From NCBI GenBank assembly GCA_963705295.1, contig OY970065.1, forward strand, positions 1,728,001 to 1,792,000: 64,000 bases of DNA, given 5' to 3'. Shown here piece by piece: positions 1 through 9,971 of this stretch; within the stretch, counting starts at the first letter, position 1, and each line of letters starts with the position of its first letter. This stretch comes from Parachlamydiales bacterium. GTDB taxonomy: Bacteria > Chlamydiota > Chlamydiia > Chlamydiales > Rhabdochlamydiaceae. A program made the translations under genes and the position numbers. The notes under the pieces were generated by a model. The model had not been told where the DNA came from, did not search any database, and saw only the letters and a program-made list of their open reading frames with translations.

Positions 1-448
1 TTTTACGATGCATAACTGCGTAGTTTAAAGCCGTATCGCCAGTGAGGGGGATTCTATCATTAACATTTGCTCCAGCTGCCAGGAGAAGTCGCACGGCTTC
101 TACATGGCCAAATTGAGCCGCCTCTATCAAAGCAGGTGTTTTAAGATTACCCGCCTCAATATTTGCTCCTGCCCTAAGTAAAGCTAACATAACTTCCAAA
201 AACCCTTTTCTGGATGCTAGCATCAATGGTGTATAGCCGTCTGAATCATGAGCATTCACATTTGCACCTAGAAGAATCATACGTTTGACCTCTTTAGTAT
301 CTCCTAGAGTTGCAGCCTTTATTAGAGCTTCCGTATGAGATTTTAGAAGACTTATCTTTCTACTCTTTAAACAAGTATAAGCGGACCTTATCGCTGTAAT
401 ACCCACAAAAATAACTAAGCCCACTTCAGACCAAAAAAACTCATTCAT
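1..448 (-). CDS. Ankyrin-repeat protein with N-terminal hydrophobic segment (runs off window edge)
   Basis: Manual translation, not in ORF track: MNEFFWSEVGLVIFVGITAIR...LGANVNAHDSDGYTPLMLASRKG...AAQFGHVEAVRLLLAAGANVN...GDTALNYAV. Start codon uncertain. Confidence 0.8.
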   Translation of the reverse strand, partial: MNEFFWSEVGLVIFVGITAIRSAYTCLKSRKISLLKSHTEALIKAATLGDTKEVKRMILLGANVNAHDSDGYTPLMLASRKGFLEVMLALLRAGANIEAGNLKTPALIEAAQFGHVEAVRLLLAAGANVNDRIPLTGDTALNYAVMHRK

Positions 449-556
449 GCATGTAGATTTAGAATCTCTAGATGGATGTATTTCCGCCCATTGACAGAAC
501 CGTCTGCTTATCTCCGTATTCCATTCAACTGCGGATTGGAAAAGACGTATGGCCAT

Positions 557-3226
557 TTAACCTTCTTCCTTTTCTAAAGACTTTAAGGCTTCTTCTTCAT
601 TTTTCTCGACTACCAATCCTTTTTTATGACGTCGACTCAATTCATATTGCGCATGAACATTCCCTTGGCGAGCCGCAGACTCATACCATCCCAGGGATGT
701 TTCTTCGTTCTTCTCAACCCCAAATCCTGTTTCATAACATCGCCCAAGTTCAAACTGAGCTTCCCCATCGCCTTGGTCCGCTGCTCTTTTAAACCATTCC
801 GCTGCTTGTTTTTTATCTAAAACAAGAACACCCGCTGCATAACATTTTCCCAGATCAAGCTGAGCTCTTGCATGCCCTTGCCTAGCTGCACTCTGGAACA
901 ACATCAACGCTTCATACACACTCTTCTTGACTCCTATTCCATCTCGATATCTTCCGGCTAAATGATACTGAGCCTTAACGCTCCCCTTTTCAGCAGCTTC
1001 CTTAAATAATCTCGTCGCTTTTTCTTCGTCTTTATCGACTCCAGTACCTTCGGAATAATATCTAGCCAAACAAAACGTTGACTCAACATGTCCTCTGCAC
1101 CATGCTTTCTCATACCAGTTTACAGCTTCTTTTTTGTCTTCTTTGACCCCTTTCCCAAAATCGTACTTCTCGGCTAAATAAAATTGAGCTTCAGCAACTC
1201 CCTGATTCGCTGCATAGGAGATATAATAATCAACTTCTTTCATATCCAGAGCAACAACCGCTCTTTTTCTACGATCAAACCGCCTTTCCAACTTCCCTAA
1301 GTAGAACTGAGCTTCAGGATGTCCCCGATCAGCTGCTTCGGTAAGCCAGAAAATGGTATTATTAACAGGATGGGCTTCATTGTAAGATAGCAAACATTTC
1401 CCCAGTAGAAATTGAGCATGACGAAGTAGGTATTGATCTTCATAATTCTCCTGATCCGCGACTTTTTTATACCAGTCCATCGCCTCTATCTTATTCTTTT
1501 TGACCCCTTTACCTTCACTGTAACAAAGTCCAAGCTCAACCTGAGCCCCGCCGTCCCCTTGTTCTGCTCCTTTTTTATACCACTTCACGGCTCGTTCTTG
1601 ATCAGAAAAGAGAGCGCTGGATGCATAATGTTTCCCCAGACAAACTTGAGCTTTTGCAAATCCTTGTTCAGCTGCCCTCGTGTACCATCTTATAGCTTCT
1701 TCCCAAGAACTCCTTTCATAAAAATAATTCCCGAGCTCAAACTGTGCTTCATCAAGACCCTGCTCGGCTGCTTTGGTAATCCATTGCTTACCCTTTTCCA
1801 CCCCGTCATAACGACTCATGAAATGTTTCCCGAGATGGAGCTGGGCTCTTGCATGTCCTTGTTCGGCTGCTTTCGTATACCACTTCAAAGCCACTTCTAT
1901 ATTTCTAATGAGAAAAGTTCTATTTTCTTCATAAACACCCAGCTGAAATTGGGATTCAGCATGCCCTTGCTCAGCCGCTTTGTTGTACCATTTTGCAGCT
2001 TCTTGCATATCTTGATCGATGCCTTCCCCTCTCGCGTAACACGTTCCTAAAACATATTGGGCCTCAACATGTCCTTGTGCCCCAGCTTCCCTGAACCATT
2101 GAACAGCCCAATTGCAATTTTTGATACTGCCAAGGCCCGTGCGAAAACAATTTCCAACTTGATATTGAGCGTAAGGATGTCTTTGTCTTGCCGCATGAAG
2201 AAAATGCAAAAAAGCTTGACCTGCTCTTTCCTCTGTGTGGGGCTCTTTTAAACAATCGAGCCCTTTTTGGTAGTCTTCTTCTCCGGGTAAAAGATCCACA
2301 GGGCGAGGACAATCTGCGACCAATTCCAAGCAAAATCTCGGAAGGGCCTGAGCTTTTTCAAAAACAACGACCTCATCCCAAACAGGAGATTGATCTCTGT
2401 AACAAGGAGCGAAGTCCATACATTCAGGATCATTGGGTCGAATCGGAACGACAGGGATAAAATGAGCATTATAATTTTGGTAATGTTCTTTCCCCTCTAG
2501 CTTTTCCATGTCGCTACATTTCACTGGCGGCGGCTTATCACTGACAACAGGATAAGGCTCTCGCATAAAAACCCAGGAAAGAAGCAGATATCCTTGGCGG
2601 CTATACATCACAGCATACCTGGCGCTGCTAGTGAAGTAGATGCCACTTCCAAAGTACCCTGCATCTGTAATAGTGCTATCTCCCTTTTTGGCATTCGAAT
2701 CATAAACATGGTGTTTCCCAAAAGATGTAAATCCTGTGGAGAAAATCGACTTGCATTTCTCAGGAGAACTTCCATGCCATAAAGGAAGAACTTTGGCTTT
2801 TTTGATCTCACCTTGGCATTCTAATGGAGAAAATTGTCCTGTTAGTTTTTTCCATCTTTCAATGACTCTTACTCTCTCGCTCGTCGATTCCTCTTCTTTC
2901 CATTTTGGGGCAAACAGAGGCTTCCAAGCTTCTAGATCGGCTGTTTTAATCCCTGACTCAAAGCTTTGCATTTGGATAGGATTATAGACACACATCATTC
3001 TCTTAATTCCATAGCCTGGTGGTTTTTGCTGTTCGAAATATTTGAGGATAAATTTAAATTCCGCATCGGAACTTAAAACTTCGATCGCTTGATAAGAATC
3101 TCTCGAAGGCTGTTCTCCTATACGCCTCAGCAGTTCTTGACCGAGCAACCATGGAGTCCGAGGATACGGAAGCAACCCTTTCAAACCAGAGGGAATGGGC
3201 CATGTAGGCTGAGTTACGGATGACAA
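557..3226 (-). CDS. PARP-like (H-Y-E) ADP-ribosyltransferase domain followed by many Sel1-like repeats
   Basis: LWHGSS, GYFGSGIYFTSSARYA and DEVVVF motifs in the first ~305 aa, then repeated AQFxLGxxYxxGxGVxKDxxxAxxWYxKAAEQG units. Confidence 0.85.
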   Translation of the reverse strand: MSSVTQPTWPIPSGLKGLLPYPRTPWLLGQELLRRIGEQPSRDSYQAIEVLSSDAEFKFILKYFEQQKPPGYGIKRMMCVYNPIQMQSFESGIKTADLEAWKPLFAPKWKEEESTSERVRVIERWKKLTGQFSPLECQGEIKKAKVLPLWHGSSPEKCKSIFSTGFTSFGKHHVYDSNAKKGDSTITDAGYFGSGIYFTSSARYAVMYSRQGYLLLSWVFMREPYPVVSDKPPPVKCSDMEKLEGKEHYQNYNAHFIPVVPIRPNDPECMDFAPCYRDQSPVWDEVVVFEKAQALPRFCLELVADCPRPVDLLPGEEDYQKGLDCLKEPHTEERAGQAFLHFLHAARQRHPYAQYQVGNCFRTGLGSIKNCNWAVQWFREAGAQGHVEAQYVLGTCYARGEGIDQDMQEAAKWYNKAAEQGHAESQFQLGVYEENRTFLIRNIEVALKWYTKAAEQGHARAQLHLGKHFMSRYDGVEKGKQWITKAAEQGLDEAQFELGNYFYERSSWEEAIRWYTRAAEQGFAKAQVCLGKHYASSALFSDQERAVKWYKKGAEQGDGGAQVELGLCYSEGKGVKKNKIEAMDWYKKVADQENYEDQYLLRHAQFLLGKCLLSYNEAHPVNNTIFWLTEAADRGHPEAQFYLGKLERRFDRRKRAVVALDMKEVDYYISYAANQGVAEAQFYLAEKYDFGKGVKEDKKEAVNWYEKAWCRGHVESTFCLARYYSEGTGVDKDEEKATRLFKEAAEKGSVKAQYHLAGRYRDGIGVKKSVYEALMLFQSAARQGHARAQLDLGKCYAAGVLVLDKKQAAEWFKRAADQGDGEAQFELGRCYETGFGVEKNEETSLGWYESAARQGNVHAQYELSRRHKKGLVVEKNEEEALKSLEKEEG

Positions 3227-3327
3227 AAATCCCCCACTAGCCCAAAAGTTTAAAAGAGAGATTCAATTTTTTAAAGGCTGAATTTGTAATGTAATTCATC
3301 TCACGCCTGAATAAAATTACCCTAAAT

Positions 3328-3780
3328 ATGTCTCTTATCATTCGACCAGTTCTAGATCTTGCCAATCCGATGTATAGATGTATACAAGCGCGTGATCCGG
3401 ACTACAAGAGAGGACAAATTCAATGGGTTATTTATGCAGTCCTAAGAATAACAATGGCAGTGGCTATTTTTTTCTTTTTGAAAGCTAATGCATATCTCTT
3501 TTCGGTTGATCTCAACCTACCCTTTCAATGGAATCAAAGGCATATTGTAAAGTGGTTTGTCGTCAATTTTACAATTTCACTTACAGCATGTATGATATAC
3601 CCTTATTCTGATCGCTTCAAACTAGTACTCTGTCAGCAAAGTTTTTACAGTTCCGGCTGGCGTGAAAGCTCCCGCGGTTCTATCGATCACGATAAGGGCT
3701 TTGACGCAGCCCAAACTCATAAAAACTTTGCTGACAGAGAACTAGTCCTTGACTTAGCCCCAGTCTTAGGTCCAAGCTAA
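3328..3780 (+). CDS. Hypothetical membrane protein
   Basis: 150-aa ORF with two hydrophobic segments, filling the gap between neighbours. Confidence 0.55.
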   Translation: MSLIIRPVLDLANPMYRCIQARDPDYKRGQIQWVIYAVLRITMAVAIFFFLKANAYLFSVDLNLPFQWNQRHIVKWFVVNFTISLTACMIYPYSDRFKLVLCQQSFYSSGWRESSRGSIDHDKGFDAAQTHKNFADRELVLDLAPVLGPS

Positions 3781-3840
3781 ATTAGAGGATCCAGTTCTTT
3801 TTTTCTCTACATCTAAAGCTATCCCTAGAACAATACTTGC

Positions 3841-5181
3841 TTAAGAGGGATTTTCTTTCACTAACTTCTCAACCAACCCAAGCAGGCTATTTTCAAGAGA
3901 GAAATCTCCACTTTTTTGACAGGTAAATTCAGGGTCATCTAAACATGAAGTTGAATCTTGTTCCCATGCTTCCTTTAGACAATCCCGAGCTTGAGTATAA
4001 AATGAAAGTTTTTGTTTCGTATCGGTGGATAAATAGCCAGCATCGATCAACCGATATACTCTCTTGATCATGCAGTGAGTCCGATATCCACCCGTACTCT
4101 CTTGGATGAGCTTTTGATACAACTCTAGAGTTTTAGAAACTTCCAAGAAGGCTGTCTTTAATGCCGTTCTTCTCCTCTCGTTATTATTCAAGCTCACAGT
4201 GAAGTTAACAGAGTAAAGTGCTTCATCTATAGCGACGTTCATGGAATGATTTAAAGCTGCTTTGGTTCTGAAGAAAATCTCTTCTTGCACTTCAACATGC
4301 ACTGCTAGAGGATACGCTGTCACATCAATAGCTGTAAGGGCTTCGATCGATCTTTTGTAAAGTTCACTGATATCACAACATTCTCGACGCGTACAATAGG
4401 CGGCATTATAAAAACACTGGGATGCTAAAAATCGAGAATCCGTGAATGGAAAATGAGAATGTTTATAGTCAAGGATTTGATGATAACAACGAGTGATATA
4501 AGGTGCTTTTAAAAAAATATCTCCCGCCATTTCCCACAACTGAGCACCGACTTCACATTTTTTGATTCCCTCAAAAGGGCAAGCTTGTTTTTTTTGGGGA
4601 TTTGTAGATAGATTTAATTCAACAAGTCCACGTGCAATCCATTCGAGTTTTTTCTCAGCACCATCTGCCAATTTGGCAGCATCGTAACAAGCAACGGCTT
4701 CCTCGTATAAAAGATCTCTCAATTCTTCATATCGATAATGCGTAGCACCTTGTAGTCCTCTTTTTAGTATCTCATGCCTTTTTTGATGTAATTTCATTGC
4801 TTTATAAGCAGGATGATCTTCCTTCTCATCCACTTCTTCCGCAAAAAGTTCAAATCGGAAGGTCCCTGTTTGAAGATAAGTCTCGACTTGACCATCCTTG
4901 AAAGGATCACGACGACAAGTAAAATTGCCTCGAAGATTTTTCAGCCAATTTGCCAAATTTGCAACTTCACGACCTACTTGTATGGATCTTTCTATCAAAG
5001 GCCGAACAATCATTTCCCCTGCTATTTGAGCAGGAGTAAGTGGAATGATCTCAAGTTTGCCATCAGGGTATTCAATAAGCCGATTATTCAATGGATAGGG
5101 GGTTTGTTTTTTTTCCAAGAGATATGCTACAGGCACTACCTCACAAGAAGCTATGTTTGCAAGAGTTGTGTTTAAACACAT
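3841..5181 (-). CDS. Hypothetical helical protein, possibly TPR/SNAP-like
   Basis: 446-aa ORF with AxxCYxxAA-type helices (EAVACYDAA, ASQCFYNAA); no recognised family. Confidence 0.65.
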   Translation of the reverse strand: MCLNTTLANIASCEVVPVAYLLEKKQTPYPLNNRLIEYPDGKLEIIPLTPAQIAGEMIVRPLIERSIQVGREVANLANWLKNLRGNFTCRRDPFKDGQVETYLQTGTFRFELFAEEVDEKEDHPAYKAMKLHQKRHEILKRGLQGATHYRYEELRDLLYEEAVACYDAAKLADGAEKKLEWIARGLVELNLSTNPQKKQACPFEGIKKCEVGAQLWEMAGDIFLKAPYITRCYHQILDYKHSHFPFTDSRFLASQCFYNAAYCTRRECCDISELYKRSIEALTAIDVTAYPLAVHVEVQEEIFFRTKAALNHSMNVAIDEALYSVNFTVSLNNNERRRTALKTAFLEVSKTLELYQKLIQESTGGYRTHCMIKRVYRLIDAGYLSTDTKQKLSFYTQARDCLKEAWEQDSTSCLDDPEFTCQKSGDFSLENSLLGLVEKLVKENPS

Positions 5182-5275
5182 GGTTGAAATTTTACACTCT
5201 TATTTCCAGAAACTGCAATATAATTCGAACTGACGAAAATCGGAAACGCGCTGGATTTTATCCAGCTCTAAGAAA

Positions 5276-5382
5276 TTAGTCTTGGAAGGAGAAGGCGAGG
5301 ACGTCCTCTTCTGTTTCCTCGAGGTACTTCTTGACCCGTTCTTGGAAGTCGAAGAAGCCTGTTCCGCACGGGATCATATGTC
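5276..5382 (-). repeat. Diverged duplicate of the last 34 codons plus stop of rpoC (direct repeat of 28291-28397)
   Basis: Encodes [34 protein letters not shown] vs native [34 protein letters not shown]; 19 mismatches in 107 nt by manual alignment. Confidence 0.92.
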
Positions 5383-5499
5383 GTCAGAAATGCCTTGCTA
5401 ATTCCTGCCTCAACCTCCCCCACCTTCCCCCCGTCCAATTCCCCAGCATCGGCACCGAAATCGTTTTCCCCATTACCTTGGGGGTCCATTATGTCTTTT

Positions 5500-6200
5500 A
5501 AAATTAGAAAGGATTTTCTCTCTTTGAGAAGAAGAGAGATGGTCGATTTGAGGTATGTCACCTTTTGACCTCTCGGGTTAATAAGTTGAGAAAAAGGCAA
5601 ATTGTAGAAGTGGTCTGCTTTAGAACACTGGAAACATTTGAATCGGAAAGAATCCTTATCGTCAGGGGTATCATCGGCAACTCCTGTGGAGGGAAGCCTC
5701 CCTGTGATCTTTTTGAAAGGCGGAAAGATCTTTGGGATTTGTAAAGCCAATCACCAGACACTTCTCAGGCGCTTCTGAGAAATAACGGGTAAAATAATTG
5801 TGAGCTCCATCTGCGGCGAACATGTTATGAGCAACTTGCATGTTAAAATAGACCACAACGATATGCTCAAAAGGACATGCAGATGTTCGGAACCTCGAAC
5901 GGACGAGAAGTTCGATCAGTCTAGAATCTCCACCTTCCCACTTTGGAAAGAAACGGTCCGTCCATGCTTTATATTCGGCTTGATAAAGTGCCGCATCTAT
6001 AGGCTTTTAAATACATCTGCCATCTTCTTAAAGGGAAGACCAATGAATTGAAGAATCCTCCCAGCAATTTTTTGGATGGTGAGGAGAAGAGATTTTTCTT
6101 TCCGACTAGGACCATCACAGCTCCAGCGGCCACCCAGTCGATCTAGAAATGTCAATCCGTCATCCAATTTGGCTGGTAAGCCTGATAAATAATATGTCAT
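5500..6200 (-). pseudogene. Frameshifted hypothetical gene
   Basis: MTYYLSGLPAK...VFKSL* continues in another frame (PIDAALYQAEYKAW...HRSCR*) and shifts again near 5700; ends approximate. Confidence 0.4.
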
Positions 6201-6210
6201 AGATACTCCT

Positions 6211-7014
6211 TTAGAATAATGAAAAAGGGAACAGGTAGCTGAGGGTGAAGAAATTGACGTTCTCGGGGAAGGAGCGGGCATAGAGGCGGCGGGTGTAGGA
6301 AAGGGAGAGGTGGCCCCAGATTTCGAAGGCGTAGGTGTATTGGATGCCGAGGTCGAGGCTGCGATGGCGGATGAAGGCGTAGCCGAGGAAGTGTCTGGTG
6401 TTGACGAGGGCATGGTCACCGAAGCCGGCGTAGAATTCGGAAAAGAGGCCGAGGCGATGATGGTGGATGTTCCCTTCGAAGGTTGCAAAGGCTCGGCCCC
6501 AGGGGAAACCACGATTGGCCATGCCGATGGCACCGAAGCCCCAGAGACGGAGCCGCCAATCGAATCCTTGATCCCATTCACGGCCGATGGAGGTATTGAG
6601 CTCGAAGTTAACATTGGAATGATAGGGAGAGCTGACATCTTTGAGGCTATGATGAGAGACGCCACGAGCGCTGATGCCTGTGGAGAGAGAGACGGGATCA
6701 CCGACACAGTCATTGAGCCAAAGATACCGTCCTTGTAGAGCCCCGCTCCGAATTCCAAACGGTTGTCTGGGGGTCTCGGCAAATTCGATATCGGCACCCG
6801 CTTCCCAGTTTGGGGAAGGTGGAACAGCTAAGTCGAAGGCGAGGAGATGGTCATTCGAAACACTGGGAAGTTGCGGATGTCCATCTTGGACATCCCGGTA
6901 CCGGCTGTAGGTGTAGGATGGGGTTAATGTGAACTCGTAAACATTGCAAAACCACGGTTCGCGATTCAATGCACAAACGGTGATGGGACACAAAAGAAGC
7001 AACTTTCTAAGCAT
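6211..7014 (-). CDS. Hypothetical exported protein, likely outer-membrane beta-barrel
   Basis: Start reassigned to ATG 7014 (MLRKLLLLCPITVCA, signal-like; overlaps trxB stop); alternating beta-strand pattern; C-terminal Phe. Confidence 0.7.
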   Translation of the reverse strand: MLRKLLLLCPITVCALNREPWFCNVYEFTLTPSYTYSRYRDVQDGHPQLPSVSNDHLLAFDLAVPPSPNWEAGADIEFAETPRQPFGIRSGALQGRYLWLNDCVGDPVSLSTGISARGVSHHSLKDVSSPYHSNVNFELNTSIGREWDQGFDWRLRLWGFGAIGMANRGFPWGRAFATFEGNIHHHRLGLFSEFYAGFGDHALVNTRHFLGYAFIRHRSLDLGIQYTYAFEIWGHLSLSYTRRLYARSFPENVNFFTLSYLFPFSLF

Positions 7015-7957
7015 ACAGGTATTCTTGATGAGAAAGCCACCGCTCGGCATCGAGCGCGGCCATACATCCGCTGCCTGCAGCTGTGACGGCTTGCCGGTAG
7101 ACATGGTCTTGGACATCGCCGGCTGCAAAAACCCCTTCGATATTGGTACGGGTTGTTCCTGGTACGACTTTAATATACCCATTCGGATGAAGCTCTAATT
7201 GCCCTTTGAGAAAATTGGTATTCGGATCGAGTCCAATGGCGAAAAAGACACCGCCCGCTTCATAGGGGTCTTCATGTCCTGTAAGGACATTTTTAAGGGT
7301 GACAGAGCGAACGACACTATCACCGTCGATTCGGCTTAGAACATGGTTCCAGATGACCCGGATTTTTGGATGATTGAGAACCCTGTGAGACAAAACCTTC
7401 GAAGCTCTAAATTGATCTCGTCTGTGTACAATAAAAACTTTGCTTCCAAATTTGGTTAGAAAGAGGGCATCTTCGCAAGCCGTATCCCCACCTCCAAAGA
7501 CATAGAGGTGCTTATCGCGGAAAATAGGAACGGCCCCATCACAAATAGCACACGCTGTAATCCCTTTTTGCCAAAATTTATCGGCCCCGGGAACATCCAA
7601 ACGACGAGCGGTAGCTCCTGTTGCAACAATCACCGCTTCAGCTTCTGCAGGTCCCGATATGGTTACGACTTTGAATGGTCGTGATTGAAGATGAATATCG
7701 GTGACATCTTCGGTGATCAAACAGGTCCCAAATCGCTCCGCTTGACGGCGGAATAAATCCATCATTTCAGGACCCATAACCCCTTCAGGAAACCCCGGGT
7801 AATTTTCAACCTCGGTGGTCGTCATGAGTTGACCACCAGGAGGCCCGATGGAGAAACCTTCATAGACAATCGGCTGAAGTTCGGCACGGGCGGCATAGAT
7901 AGCAGCGGTATAGGCTGCTGGACCTGAACCAATGATGATAAGTTTGCTTTTTTTCAT
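7007..7957 (-). CDS. trxB: Thioredoxin-disulfide reductase
   Basis: IIGSGPAAYTAAIY, ENYPGF, CAICDG redox motif, GGGDTA, GVFAAGDV. Confidence 0.97.
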   Translation of the reverse strand: MKKSKLIIIGSGPAAYTAAIYAARAELQPIVYEGFSIGPPGGQLMTTTEVENYPGFPEGVMGPEMMDLFRRQAERFGTCLITEDVTDIHLQSRPFKVVTISGPAEAEAVIVATGATARRLDVPGADKFWQKGITACAICDGAVPIFRDKHLYVFGGGDTACEDALFLTKFGSKVFIVHRRDQFRASKVLSHRVLNHPKIRVIWNHVLSRIDGDSVVRSVTLKNVLTGHEDPYEAGGVFFAIGLDPNTNFLKGQLELHPNGYIKVVPGTTRTNIEGVFAAGDVQDHVYRQAVTAAGSGCMAALDAERWLSHQEYLYA

Positions 7958-8014
7958 AGGAAAAGCATAACAATAATCTATTAATTTAAATGGTGTCCAC
8001 AGTAAAATTTCTAG

Positions 8015-9109
8015 ATGCGCAGTATACGTCTCGATAAGCTAAAAAAGTCGATCAGTGGGGGGACGATTATCAATGATATCAGCCTCACGATTCCAGCAGG
8101 AAAATTCTTTGCACTTCTAGGGCCGAGCGGATGCGGAAAAACGACTCTTTTACGACTCATTGCAGGCCTTGAAACAGCCGACGCTGGGAAGATTTATCTG
8201 GGCGATGAAAATATCACCGATGTCCCCATCCACGAAAGACCCATCAATATTGTTTTTCAAAATTATGCCCTTTTTCCTCACCTGGATGTATTTGACAATA
8301 TTGCCTACAGCTTGAGACTCAAAAAATTGCCGAAAATCGTGATCGACCAAAAGGTTGTTAAAATTCTCGAATCGTTCCATCTGGAAAATCATATTTATAA
8401 ATCACCCAGTCAACTTTCGGGAGGACAGCAACAACGTGTGGCTTTAGCGCGGGCGATTGTGAATGAACCCGATGTTCTTTTGTTGGATGAGCCGCTCGCG
8501 GCTCTCGATTTTAAACTCCGGGAGAGGATGTTGATCGAGCTCATCGAGCTTCAAGATAAGTTGAAGACGACGTTCGTCTATGTGACCCATGACCAGTTTG
8601 AAGCGCTCACCGTTGCTGACCAAATGGCGATTATGAACCACAAAGGTCAAATCGAACAGATTGGAACTCCTAAGGAAATCTATGAATTCCCCCATAGTTC
8701 TTTTGTGGCTAAATTTGTCGGTACAACGAATATCTTAAGCGGAATTTTGAGAAATCTTGACGCGGCGGAGTCTGAAATTGAGATTCCTGATCTGGGTCGT
8801 TTTAAAATCTATTTGGCTCAAAAAAAGAGTTGGATGAAGGAAGGGTGCGACGTTCTCATGAGCATCCGGCCCGAAAAGATTTTCATCTCTAAATCCGAGG
8901 TAAAAAATTTCTCCAATACCGTCAAGGGAGTGGTTCAATCAATCGTCTACCATGGCCGATCGACGCAATACAACATCCTCCTCAAAAATCACATGAAACT
9001 CCAGGTCTTTGAGCAAAATGAAGAACACTTTCCTCAGCAGGTGATCGATTACGACAATGAAGTAAACCTGTATTGGCAAAAAGAAAACGTGGTTGTTCTT
9101 GAACAATGA
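8015..9109 (+). CDS. potA: Spermidine/putrescine ABC transporter ATP-binding protein
   Basis: GPSGCGKTT, VFQNYALFPHL, LSGGQQQRVALARA, LLLDEPL, TOBE-like tail. Confidence 0.9.
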   Translation: MRSIRLDKLKKSISGGTIINDISLTIPAGKFFALLGPSGCGKTTLLRLIAGLETADAGKIYLGDENITDVPIHERPINIVFQNYALFPHLDVFDNIAYSLRLKKLPKIVIDQKVVKILESFHLENHIYKSPSQLSGGQQQRVALARAIVNEPDVLLLDEPLAALDFKLRERMLIELIELQDKLKTTFVYVTHDQFEALTVADQMAIMNHKGQIEQIGTPKEIYEFPHSSFVAKFVGTTNILSGILRNLDAAESEIEIPDLGRFKIYLAQKKSWMKEGCDVLMSIRPEKIFISKSEVKNFSNTVKGVVQSIVYHGRSTQYNILLKNHMKLQVFEQNEEHFPQQVIDYDNEVNLYWQKENVVVLEQ

Positions 9110-9119
9110 TTAAGCAACA

Positions 9120-9971
9120 ATGAGATTAAAACCGCCTATTTCAGAGCACCCTTTCTCGATCGGAATACCAGCTGTCATTTGGCAAATTCTCTTTTTCTAC
9201 TTTCCCCTTCTCATCATCGTCATTGCGAGCTTCATTAAAATGTCCCCCGAGGGGTTTGCAGGGGTCACTTTTGAGAAAATCAATCATTTTTTAAGTCCCC
9301 TTTACCTCCGAGTGATTGGTTTTTCTCTTTTGCTCGCTCTGACCAATGTGATTCTTTGCTTTTTGCTTGCCTACCCTTTGGCTTATTTTTTAGCCTTCAA
9401 AGGACGCCGTTTTAAGAATTTTCTTCTCTTCCTTCTCCTCATCCCTTTTTGGACGAACTTTCTTCTCCATGTTTACGCTTGGTTTTATGTTCTCGAAAAG
9501 CACGGTTTTCTCAACAATGTCCTCATGAAAATCGGTTTGATTCACGAACCGATCATCCTTCTCAACACCCCCTTTGCCATCATGATCATGATGGTCTATT
9601 ACTACCTGCCGTTTATGGTGCTGCCGATTTACTCGTCTCTGGAGAGGTTCAATACAAGTTTAATCGAAGCGTCGTATGATTTGGGAGCTTCTTGGCTGAA
9701 GACGTTCCGCCAAATTGTTCTGCCGCTCACGATGCGCGGTGTTAGGGCAGGTTTTTTCCTCGTGTTCATCCCCTCATTTGGGGAATTTGCCATTCCTTCC
9801 CTCATGGGAGGAGACAAAATCATGTTCGTGGGCAATGTCGTCTCAGAATACATTCTCGGTGAAGGAACAGGGTCTCTTGGCGCTGCGTTCATGGTCATCA
9901 GCTGCTTTATCTTACTGATCACCGCTCTATTCTTTTATTGGCTGCTCGGTCGATTTATGAGGGGCAAATGA
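9120..9971 (+). CDS. potB: Polyamine ABC transporter permease
   Basis: LLIPFWTNFL, YLPFMVLPIY, EASYDLGA motif; operon context. Confidence 0.9.
   Translation: MRLKPPISEHPFSIGIPAVIWQILFFYFPLLIIVIASFIKMSPEGFAGVTFEKINHFLSPLYLRVIGFSLLLALTNVILCFLLAYPLAYFLAFKGRRFKNFLLFLLLIPFWTNFLLHVYAWFYVLEKHGFLNNVLMKIGLIHEPIILLNTPFAIMIMMVYYYLPFMVLPIYSSLERFNTSLIEASYDLGASWLKTFRQIVLPLTMRGVRAGFFLVFIPSFGEFAIPSLMGGDKIMFVGNVVSEYILGEGTGSLGAAFMVISCFILLITALFFYWLLGRFMRGK

Noticed and set aside
5268..5750. 160-aa ORF as a real gene
   Set aside because: Chimeric read-through of the pseudogene tail, the antisense stub and an out-of-frame rpoC fragment.
5997..6797. 266-aa Ser/Pro-rich ORF and 142-aa + strand ORF
   Set aside because: Alternative-frame and antisense shadows of the C-rich 6211-7014 gene; only the last ~67 codons may belong to the pseudogene.
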